Below, one piece after another: positions 15,066 to 23,215 of a DNA stretch of 32,000 bases. Both the position numbers and the translations under genes were made by a program. The first letter of the stretch is position 1, and every line of letters starts with the position of its first letter. Source of the DNA: an uncultured archaeon (GTDB lineage Archaea > Iainarchaeota > Iainarchaeia > Iainarchaeales > 0-14-0-20-30-16); contig CAYZSS010000002.1 in NCBI GenBank assembly GCA_964480435.1, forward strand, positions 17,654 to 49,653, read 5' to 3'. The notes beneath the pieces were generated by a model. That model made no database searches. It saw nothing but the letters and a program-made list of their open reading frames with translations, and was not told the DNA's origin.

Positions 15066-17147
15066 CTATTGGATTTTCAAATGTTCATAAAGTTTATCCC
15101 TAGTCTTTTGTCCAATTAGCCCTGCCAGCTTTATTGGGTCTGCTTTCTTTATGTCTCCAATATTTCTGATTCCTACGGAATAAAGCTTTCTTGCTTTTAC
15201 CCTTCCAATACCAGGAAGCTCCACCAAGAATAGCAACTCTTTTCCAACACCATATCTTAGTCTATATTCAAACAAAGACATATCTTTAATCAAATCAGCG
15301 TAGCCCTGTTTATCAACAATTTCTGCTAATGCTCTTGTAGCATATGCGATCCATTTCATGGATTCTACTTTCTGGTGCAATATGCCTGGCTGAATATCAT
15401 ACTTATCCAACAGTTCCTGCTCAGAAACTTCGCTTACCCAGTCATAAAATATTTTCAAAAGCAAGAACTTATTTGGGAGATCGTATTCTTCAAAAATTTC
15501 ATACTGATTTTTTAAAAAATAACTGCTTTTTTCAGTTAACTCAAGTCCAATTTCATTTTGCCCCGCTTTTGGAATAGTAGGATATGGTTTCAGTTCTATT
15601 GTATTTATTAAACAATAAAGCAAGGAATAATCACTTTTATGCCCACTCAAAAAATCAAGATAATTCAAAATATTATGTGCTGAAAATGGGTCAATGTAAA
15701 GTTCAGAAACCCTTTTTCCTATTGGAGTTGCCGATATTTTTTCTCCAAATTCTATAAAACCATATTCTCGCAATTCATCTAATACAGAACGTATTCTATC
15801 ATAAAGCAAATAATCATTTTTAAATTGCAAGTAATACAAAGTTTGGCTGAAAAAGTTTTTCATAGTCTCGTCATCATACACAAACTCACTTGCAATTAAT
15901 GAAAGCAATAATGTTCGCAAAACAGCAAGATTTCCAATTTGGGATAACACTTCTTCTGGCTCTGCCAAAACAAACTCTTCAAACAATTTATCTTTTTCAC
16001 GCTCATCTTTTGAAAGAATTATTGATTCCCCAAAATCATCATACCCAAGCCGTCCAGCTCTTCCAGACATTTGAAGATATTCTCTTACGGGTATTTTTGC
16101 CATTCCAGTTATTGTGTGCCGAAACACGCTATGAATTATTACTCTGTATGCTGGCATATTAATTCCTGCTGCAAGAGTTGGAGTAGCAGAAATTACTTTT
16201 ATTTTTCCATTTCTAAAATCATTTTCTATTTTTTCTCTTAATTCAGCTCTTATTCCTGCATGATGAAATGCAACCCCATTTTCCATTAGAGAAATTATTT
16301 CTTTATCAAAACTCGTTAAAGATTCCGAATCTAAATCATAATTATTTATTTTATCTTTTAAAACAAAAGTTTTCAATTGATTTGCTAAAGATTGAGCATT
16401 TTTTCTTGTATTTGTAAAAATTATTGCTTGTTTATTTTTATTAACGGTGTCTTTAATGATATTATGTAATTCTTTTGAAATCTCACGAGGGATTTCTTCT
16501 ATTTCTTTTTCAAAATATATTTTATTATCTACTAATACCCCTTTTCGTAAATTAACTGGCCTAAATTCAGAATAAATCTCTTCAGCATTAAGCCAATCTG
16601 CCAGCTGTTTTGAATTAGGTATTGTTGCACTAAGCCCAACTATTTGCAGGTCTTTTATCATATTTCTTAACTGTATTACTGATACTTCTATTGTAGGCCC
16701 TCTGTCAGAGTCAAGAATATGCAATTCATCAATTACTAATAGCCCAACAGCATAAAGCCAAAAAGATTTGTGCCTAATCAAAGAGTCTAGTTTTTCATAA
16801 GTAGTGAAAATAACATTATAATTTTCTAAATATTTCGAACTAGAATCTAAATCGCCAATTGAGATGGCACATTTTATTCCAAATTCTTTTTCATATTTTT
16901 TTTTAAAATTTGAATAGTGTTCACTTGCTAAAGCCTTAAGCGGACAGGTGTAAATTACCTTGCGTTTTTTATTTAAAATAGTATCAAGGGCAACAATTTC
17001 AGCCACTAATGTTTTTCCTGAAGAGGTTGGGCTTGCAACAACTAAGTTTTTATCTAAAAAATTAAAAGATTTGTTTTGGATTTCATTAAAATCAGGTATT
17101 TTGCTAAGCTCTTTTACTTTGCTTAACAAATCACTTCTATTTATCAC
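15066..17147 (-). CDS. hel308: Hel308 / Ski2-like DNA helicase
   Basis: Motif I is SPTSSGKT, motif II is VIDELH, and motif III is LSATIPN. It also has VAFHHAGI and motif VI MSGRAGR. The C-terminal helix-hairpin-helix is LPGIGRVKARKLYSVGIRNIGDI. Confidence 0.9.
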   Translation of the reverse strand: MINRSDLLSKVKELSKIPDFNEIQNKSFNFLDKNLVVASPTSSGKTLVAEIVALDTILNKKRKVIYTCPLKALASEHYSNFKKKYEKEFGIKCAISIGDLDSSSKYLENYNVIFTTYEKLDSLIRHKSFWLYAVGLLVIDELHILDSDRGPTIEVSVIQLRNMIKDLQIVGLSATIPNSKQLADWLNAEEIYSEFRPVNLRKGVLVDNKIYFEKEIEEIPREISKELHNIIKDTVNKNKQAIIFTNTRKNAQSLANQLKTFVLKDKINNYDLDSESLTSFDKEIISLMENGVAFHHAGIRAELREKIENDFRNGKIKVISATPTLAAGINMPAYRVIIHSVFRHTITGMAKIPVREYLQMSGRAGRLGYDDFGESIILSKDEREKDKLFEEFVLAEPEEVLSQIGNLAVLRTLLLSLIASEFVYDDETMKNFFSQTLYYLQFKNDYLLYDRIRSVLDELREYGFIEFGEKISATPIGKRVSELYIDPFSAHNILNYLDFLSGHKSDYSLLYCLINTIELKPYPTIPKAGQNEIGLELTEKSSYFLKNQYEIFEEYDLPNKFLLLKIFYDWVSEVSEQELLDKYDIQPGILHQKVESMKWIAYATRALAEIVDKQGYADLIKDMSLFEYRLRYGVGKELLFLVELPGIGRVKARKLYSVGIRNIGDIKKADPIKLAGLIGQKTRDKLYEHLKIQ

Positions 17148-17778
17148 TTACCCACCTAGAAATTACTTTATAGCTTAAAATCAGATCATCAACACCTTTA
17201 AGAGTCTCAGAAAAAAGGATAATTTTCTTTTCCGAAATGCCTTTTTTTATATCTATAGCCTGTATTATCTGCTCTCCAAAGCCCTTATCCTTGTAGACTA
17301 CAGAGTGTTCTAGGGTTTCAATTATATTATCCCTAAATGTTTGGTTACCCATAAAAGCAAGAATTATTTTTTTAAGTTTAGGATCTGAAATTAGTTCAAG
17401 CGGGATTCTTAGTTTTTTTATTTCTTCTCTATAATCTTTATCAGTCATAGATCTCATTTTATGTTTCCAATAAACCGAATCAAAAAATCTCTTTCGCTTT
17501 GTGGTTTTAATATAATTGACAGCATCAAAGTTTATTTTCTGCCAGACCTTAAGTTTTTCCATAAGATCTTCTTTTTGTTTTAACAGTTCCCCCAGTTCAT
17601 CCTTTATTTTTTGTTTACTAGGATATGTAACTCTTAGCTGAGGCGTATATTTAGTTTTTACTATGCCACCTTTCTTAAAATAATAAATTACGGCACTCTT
17701 CTCTTTGGACTTTAATTTTTTAACCTCATTACTATATGTTTTTTCAAACTGCCCAAAGGAGGTATAAAGATTACCCAT
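17137..17778 (-). CDS. Hypothetical protein, 213 aa, overlapping the hel308 start by 11 nt
   Basis: I prefer the ATG at 17778 (MGNLYTSFGQFEK...). The TATA-like TTTTTATATC lies about 25 nt upstream. The track's longer form would start inside a GC-rich hairpin. I recognise no motif. Confidence 0.55.
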   Translation of the reverse strand: MGNLYTSFGQFEKTYSNEVKKLKSKEKSAVIYYFKKGGIVKTKYTPQLRVTYPSKQKIKDELGELLKQKEDLMEKLKVWQKINFDAVNYIKTTKRKRFFDSVYWKHKMRSMTDKDYREEIKKLRIPLELISDPKLKKIILAFMGNQTFRDNIIETLEHSVVYKDKGFGEQIIQAIDIKKGISEKKIILFSETLKGVDDLILSYKVISRWVSDK

Positions 17779-17888
17779 AATGTAAAATAGTGTGTGTAAG
17801 ATATAAAAAGCTGTCCTTTTAGAAAAAAGTATGAGTGCCCCAAAACACCCTGCGGGCGCTACCCTTTTCAAAAAGCCTTTAAGAAGAG

Positions 17889-17900
17889 AAAAATATATAT
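17889..17900 (+). promoter_or_regulatory. Putative TATA box for the MBL-fold gene
   Basis: AAAAATATATAT is centred about 28 nt upstream of the ATG at 17923. Confidence 0.3.
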
Positions 17901-17922
17901 CCCCCTATTAACTATTTATAGT

Positions 17923-18576
17923 ATGCAAGCCATAAGCAATATATTTGTCCTTTATCCTGAAAAAAACAGATTCTCATCAAACACCTACCTCATTATAGGT
18001 AAGGAACCTCTACTAATAGACCCCGGGTCACATTCAAAAGAATACTTACAAAAGTTTTTGATTGAAAATGGACTCAATTTTGGAGATATTAAAAAAATTA
18101 TTCTTACACATGCACATGCAGATCATTTTAGTTCAGGGCAATACTTCAAAAATGCTATTTTTTATATTTCTGAAGAGGATGGACAATATCTTAAGACAAG
18201 AGACAACTTTTACACTATGTCAGAGTTTTTTGCAAATAAATTCTATCCTGAAAATTTAAAATACATTAAAGAAGATGATTTTTTTGATTTGGGTTGCCAA
18301 AAACTATTTGTAATTATTACCCCAGGACATACTTTAGGGGGACTATGTCTATATGATAAAGAAAATTCTTTACTTTTTTCAGGAGACATTCTATTTGAAG
18401 ATAGTTGTGGAAGATTTGATTTAATATCATCAGATAAAAATAGTGTTATAGACAGTTTAAAAAAATTACAACAAATTAATTTTAAAATTCTACTATCTGG
18501 TCACGGAATGGTATTCACTAGTTCTAAAGAAGATCAAAAAGAAAATATAACACAAATATTAAAACAAATAAAATAA
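17923..18576 (+). CDS. Metallo-beta-lactamase-fold hydrolase
   Basis: It has THAHADH (HxHxDH), then ITPGHTLGG, then SGDILF and SGHG. Confidence 0.85.
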   Translation: MQAISNIFVLYPEKNRFSSNTYLIIGKEPLLIDPGSHSKEYLQKFLIENGLNFGDIKKIILTHAHADHFSSGQYFKNAIFYISEEDGQYLKTRDNFYTMSEFFANKFYPENLKYIKEDDFFDLGCQKLFVIITPGHTLGGLCLYDKENSLLFSGDILFEDSCGRFDLISSDKNSVIDSLKKLQQINFKILLSGHGMVFTSSKEDQKENITQILKQIK

Positions 18577-18596
18577 TTAGAATAACAAAAAGTTTA

Positions 18597-19787
18597 CTAT
18601 TGTGAAATAATAAAAACCTTATCTTTAATTCTTACTCTTTCATTCACTTTCAGACCCACTTTTGAACCTTTATTTGCCTTTTGAATTGATTTCCCGTCTA
18701 TTTGTATTGAACTAACTTTCTGCCTGAAAAATGTGCTTGTTCCTTCCACCTGGATAGTATCACCTTTTTTTAATTCTGTTTGTAATTTTAATTCAAACAC
18801 ATTTATTTTTGCGTAAAAATTTGATGCATTTCCTAAATAGATTTTCTTTTCTGTTTCTAAAGATTTGTCTTTTTCATGTATGCTTTCTTTTCCAGGAGTG
18901 TAGAAATAAAAACCAGAGGTAAATCCACGGTTGTATACTTTTTTTAATTCTTCCAGATATTCTTTTTTCTTTTTTTCAGTAAATTTTCCTTTAGAAATAT
19001 CATTCAAAGCGGATTTGTAAACTTTTGCAGCAACATAAACATATTCTGCAGGCTTTGTTCTGCCTTCAATTTTTATTGCTTTAGGTTTTAAATCTGCAAT
19101 TTTATCCAGGAATTCAATTGTACAAAGATCTTTTGAACTAAAGATTGTGTTTCCAACAACATCTAACTCTTTATCAGACTCTTTCATATAAAATGTACGT
19201 CTACAGACTTGTGTACATTCTCCTTTATTTGCACTTTTATCAAAGCAATACAAACTTAAAAAACATCTTCCTGAAATTGATATGCACATACTACCATGAC
19301 AAAAAACTTCAAAATCAACCGCTGATTTTTTCTTAAATTCCTTTATTTTTTCTAAAGATAATTCCCGTGCAAGTACAACCCTATCGATTCCAAAAAATTC
19401 TTTTAATTTATTTGCGCTTAAAGAGTTACTTACAGACATTTGGGTACTAACATGTATTGGGATTTTATTTGCTTTAACTATTTCAATTACACCCAGATCA
19501 GAACAAATTATCCCATCTATTTCAGCTTTTTTTGCTTCAAAAACTATTTTTTTTATTTTTTCTAATTCAGTATCATAAACAATAGAGTTCAAAGTTAAAT
19601 ATGATTTCATTTTATTTTTATGACATAGAGAGACTATTTTTTTCAACTCTGAAACTTCAAAGTTCTTTGCAAAAGCCCTAAGGTTAAAATCATTAACTCC
19701 AAAGTACACTGCATCTGCTTTTGCTTTTATTGCTGCTTGAAGTGATTCTTTACTCCCTACTCCTACTAAAACATCTATTTTTGCCAT
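18597..19787 (-). CDS. U32-family protein, short form
   Basis: The N-terminus has KAKADAVYFG. The sequence EVFCHGSMCISISGRCFLSLYCFDKSANKGECTQVCR again gives CX6CX15CX3C. Confidence 0.85.
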   Translation of the reverse strand: MAKIDVLVGVGSKESLQAAIKAKADAVYFGVNDFNLRAFAKNFEVSELKKIVSLCHKNKMKSYLTLNSIVYDTELEKIKKIVFEAKKAEIDGIICSDLGVIEIVKANKIPIHVSTQMSVSNSLSANKLKEFFGIDRVVLARELSLEKIKEFKKKSAVDFEVFCHGSMCISISGRCFLSLYCFDKSANKGECTQVCRRTFYMKESDKELDVVGNTIFSSKDLCTIEFLDKIADLKPKAIKIEGRTKPAEYVYVAAKVYKSALNDISKGKFTEKKKKEYLEELKKVYNRGFTSGFYFYTPGKESIHEKDKSLETEKKIYLGNASNFYAKINVFELKLQTELKKGDTIQVEGTSTFFRQKVSSIQIDGKSIQKANKGSKVGLKVNERVRIKDKVFIISQ

Positions 19788-19906
19788 AAATATACCCTAC
19801 AGTATATTTTAAACGGAAAGTGTATTTATTAGTTTGCAAAATTACCAAATCAAATATCTTTTTATATTATGCCGTCCTTTATTATATGTACTTGAGAGGT
19901 GGTGCT

Positions 19907-20962
19907 ATGGACTACAAAAATCTTATTGAAAAAAACATTTATTTTGTTGAACCAAATGAGCTTCTATCAAAGATAGCAAACAAGCTAAGAACTGAAAAAG
20001 TAATATTTGTAAGAGACAGTAACAAATTTTATGGTGCAATTTCAAAAAAGAGCTTCATGCTAGTAGGTACGGATCTCTCAAAAATAAAAGCAAAAAGCAT
20101 AGTAAAAAATGTTCCTGAACTAAATAATAAAGTAAAACCCCAAGAAATAGTTGAGGCTTTCATCAATACAAACCTTGAAAAACTACCTTACTCAGAAGAT
20201 AATGAAATTATCGGATATCTTTCCCGAAATAAAGTTTTAGAACACATTATTTTGCCAGAACTTGACGGCACAGTAGGAGAAATAATGTCAACAAATGTAA
20301 TTTTCATAAACATAGATGACAACATCGCCCAAGTTTTAGCACTTCTAAAAGAGCATGGTATAAAAAAATTAGTTGTCCTTGATAAAGGAGAATTAGCAGG
20401 GGTAATAACACTAACAAACATCTTTAATTATTTTGTTACGGGGGATAGAATTAACCTAGATAATTTAAGAAATACAAATGTAAAAGAGGTAATGAAAGAA
20501 AATATTATTTCAATTGGGCCAAATAAAAATATTTCTGAAGCAATAAAAAAATTAATTAATGGAAAAACATCATCTTTAGTTGTTCATGAAAGCAGAGACA
20601 TAAAAGGAATTTTAACAAAAGCGGATGTTTTTGAAAAGTATTTAACAAAACAAAAAAAGAAAAGCTTTTCAATTCAAATAAGTTCAAAACTGGACAAATT
20701 ACCAACAGAAACAATTAATAAAAAATTAGAAAAATTAAGTAAGTTTTTCAAAGAAGATGAAGAAACACATATCTTTGTATACCTTACTTTAGGAAGTGAA
20801 AAATACAAAGGTTCACCATTAGTTAACTGTAGACTAAGGGTTGTAAACTCAAGAAATTGTGAGAATATTTCTGTTGAAGGCTGGGGTATAGATCAAGCAA
20901 TTGAACTTGCTGTAGAAAAAGTAAAAAGAAGAATTGTAAAAGGCAGAGATACCTTTTATTAA
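19907..20962 (+). CDS. Four CBS domains fused to a C-terminal RaiA/HPF-like (S30AE) domain
   Basis: I place the start at ATG 19907, preceded by GAGGTGGTG. Four CBS repeats are recognisable, for example VGEIMSTNVIFINIDDNIAQVLALLKEHGIKKLVVLD. The last ~95 aa are FSIQISSKLDKLPTETINKKLEKLSKFF...HIFVYLTL...CRLRVV...ISVEGWGIDQAIELAVEKVKRRIVK. This segment follows the E. coli HPF/YfiA beta-alpha-beta-beta-beta-alpha pattern. Confidence 0.7.
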   Translation: MDYKNLIEKNIYFVEPNELLSKIANKLRTEKVIFVRDSNKFYGAISKKSFMLVGTDLSKIKAKSIVKNVPELNNKVKPQEIVEAFINTNLEKLPYSEDNEIIGYLSRNKVLEHIILPELDGTVGEIMSTNVIFINIDDNIAQVLALLKEHGIKKLVVLDKGELAGVITLTNIFNYFVTGDRINLDNLRNTNVKEVMKENIISIGPNKNISEAIKKLINGKTSSLVVHESRDIKGILTKADVFEKYLTKQKKKSFSIQISSKLDKLPTETINKKLEKLSKFFKEDEETHIFVYLTLGSEKYKGSPLVNCRLRVVNSRNCENISVEGWGIDQAIELAVEKVKRRIVKGRDTFY

Positions 20963-21009
20963 TTTTTTATTATTTATATTAAAAAAAAAAGAAAAAAAGA
21001 ATAGATTAG
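20963..21009. terminator. Bidirectional oligo-T/oligo-A tract between convergent genes
   Basis: T6 follows the plus-strand stop directly. The A10 and A7 runs give T-runs for the minus-strand gene. Archaeal RNA polymerase terminates at oligo-T. Confidence 0.45.
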
Positions 21010-22725
21010 CTATTCTATTTCTGTTACTTTAAAGTTGTCAAAAGCTTGAGCCGAGCTAGACAAATATAATCCAATCCATCTTGCTTTTTCATCTTTTTCT
21101 GCACCGGAGTTATCCACGTATGTGGACCATTCTTCGCCATTTACATAGGCAGTGTACGTGTTGCCTTTAACAACAAATTTCAAAGTAACATCTGCCCCTT
21201 TTGCTAATGTACCTGTTGGGTTTTTCTGAAGAATATCACTCCAACCACCAGAGATACCCGCTGCTGCTTTTATCCAATATGACTCTCCAGGATAAGCAAT
21301 ACCATAAGATTCTATAAATGGCTTATAGATAAAGGTAAGACCATCAATTGCAGCATAATAAGGATATTCTGTGCCTCTTAGAACTACTCCCGCATCTAAT
21401 GAATTCTTTAGGTCCACTTCAATAATATAGTTCTTAGCGTTTACTTTTAGACCCACAAATTTTTTACCTACATAAGGAGTAGTTGGTACAACACCATCAA
21501 CCAAATATTGTAATTTTCCTGCTGCAACTCCAAAACCATTCTTTGACAAACCCCAGTCAGCCCAGTATTTTTTTGTAAATTCAGGATTTTCAAAATCATC
21601 TTTAAATCCAGTCATTACTCCTGCCGGGCCTAAATCAGTAACCCCGCTGTCAACATAGTCTTCAATAGCAGTTACTTTAAAGTTGTCAAATACTTGCCCA
21701 GTATTAGGCCAATAAAGACCAACCCAGTTTTCTTTATCCCCGCTATATTCATTTTTTTCATCTATATATGTTACAGATTCTTCACCATTTACATAGGCAG
21801 TAAATTTATTTCCTTGGACAACTACTTTCAAGTGCAAATTAACACCTTCATCTAAAGTTCCTTTTTCACTTTCCAAATATAAGGACCCCCAACTATAAGA
21901 TCTATTTGTCCAATATGCTTTTCCAGGCATCTTTGCTTCATAGGAATAATTTGATGGCAAATAAATGTATGCCAAACCGCCAAGAGATTTTTCTGGTGCG
22001 AATTCTAAACCTCTAACTATAATTCCTGCGTGTTGTGAGTTTTTTAAATCAACTTCAACAACATAATCTTTGGCGTTTACTTTTAAGCCAATAAATCTTT
22101 CACCAACAATTTTTGTATCTGGAACTTTTCCATCAATTAAATATTGAAGACCACCATTTACAACTTCAAAAGAATTTTCTCCAAAGCCCCAACTAGCCCA
22201 ATATTTTGCACTATAATCTGCGCTTTCAAAATTATCAGAAAAAGGCAGTGACACTCCGCTATCAGTTACTTCTGAATTATTTTCTGTTTTTGTTTCATCT
22301 GTATAAGTTTGTGTATTATCTATTGATTTTGTTTCAGTATCAGTAATTGTTGTTTCTGCAGTTACAATTTCTTCTGGATTCCCAGACTCAATTAATTTTG
22401 AGCCATTAGCAATAACACACATTACTTGGTTATCACTTTCTCTAATATACACTGTTATATGTGTACTGTCCTGATAAAAATCTGCAACCCAGTAAGGCAC
22501 AGCTTTCATCTGCACACCACATTCTTCTTTTATTTTATCTAAATATTGATCTACAACATCTTGCTCCCATAATGCCATTTTAAATTCTGCATTTGGGTAT
22601 TGTGCTAAAAAAGCCTGTACTTGTGGCAATCCTTTTGCTACACTTTCCACGCCCCCACTACCAACACAACCAGATAGTGATAAAACCAATACTAATGTTA
22701 ATACCCCTACTATTGTTTTCCACAT
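21010..22725 (-). CDS. Secreted lipoprotein with two tandem ConA-like/LamG (DUF1080-type) lectin domains
   Basis: The signal peptide plus lipobox is VLVLSLSGC. A Thr/Glu-rich linker follows. Two ~200-aa repeats lie at about 21661-22248 and 21013-21612. Each starts D(N/D)FE...KYWA.WG and ends FDNFKVT(A/E)IE. The DNA repeat gttactttaaagttgtcaaa occurs at both repeat ends. The Shine-Dalgarno sequence is AAGGGGG. Confidence 0.7.
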   Translation of the reverse strand: MWKTIVGVLTLVLVLSLSGCVGSGGVESVAKGLPQVQAFLAQYPNAEFKMALWEQDVVDQYLDKIKEECGVQMKAVPYWVADFYQDSTHITVYIRESDNQVMCVIANGSKLIESGNPEEIVTAETTITDTETKSIDNTQTYTDETKTENNSEVTDSGVSLPFSDNFESADYSAKYWASWGFGENSFEVVNGGLQYLIDGKVPDTKIVGERFIGLKVNAKDYVVEVDLKNSQHAGIIVRGLEFAPEKSLGGLAYIYLPSNYSYEAKMPGKAYWTNRSYSWGSLYLESEKGTLDEGVNLHLKVVVQGNKFTAYVNGEESVTYIDEKNEYSGDKENWVGLYWPNTGQVFDNFKVTAIEDYVDSGVTDLGPAGVMTGFKDDFENPEFTKKYWADWGLSKNGFGVAAGKLQYLVDGVVPTTPYVGKKFVGLKVNAKNYIIEVDLKNSLDAGVVLRGTEYPYYAAIDGLTFIYKPFIESYGIAYPGESYWIKAAAGISGGWSDILQKNPTGTLAKGADVTLKFVVKGNTYTAYVNGEEWSTYVDNSGAEKDEKARWIGLYLSSSAQAFDNFKVTEIE

Positions 22726-22742
22726 TTTGCAGCCCCCTTAAA

Positions 22743-23171
22743 TTAAACCCCACATTGAGTCAAAATAATTGTGCCATCTTCAGCCACAGTAAACACTTTT
22801 TCTGTATTGTCCAAGTCATAGGTAAACACATTATAAAAAAAAGCATTCAATTTAACTGCTTCTGTCACATCACAGCTCAAATTAGTTGATTTTAAATATT
22901 CCTTTACATAATCAATTGCTTCTTGTTCATTTGATATTGTTTTTGTTCCTTCCATTAGTATTGGGCTAGGAGTTACTCCTGAGTCACACCAACAGGAAGG
23001 CACTAAACAGCTATAAAGTTCGCAAACATCATCTTTCACTGCTAAACAATTATCAGGCAAGTCATAATTGTTTTCATCAGATACTACACAGCCATAAAGA
23101 AAAACCAAAGAAATAGATATTACAAAAAAAGATATGAATAGTAACTTATAATTTCGCCTATGTTTTGGCAT
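22743..23171 (-). CDS. Small Cys-rich lipoprotein, function unknown
   Basis: The signal and lipobox read LLFISFFVISISLVFLYGC. The Cys cluster is CLAVKDDVCELYSCLVPSCWCDSG. It lies 17 nt upstream of the lectin gene on the same strand. Confidence 0.6.
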   Translation of the reverse strand: MPKHRRNYKLLFISFFVISISLVFLYGCVVSDENNYDLPDNCLAVKDDVCELYSCLVPSCWCDSGVTPSPILMEGTKTISNEQEAIDYVKEYLKSTNLSCDVTEAVKLNAFFYNVFTYDLDNTEKVFTVAEDGTIILTQCGV

Positions 23172-23215
23172 ATGTATATTACATTAAATACTTTTATATG
23201 TTTTTTGCATAGAAA

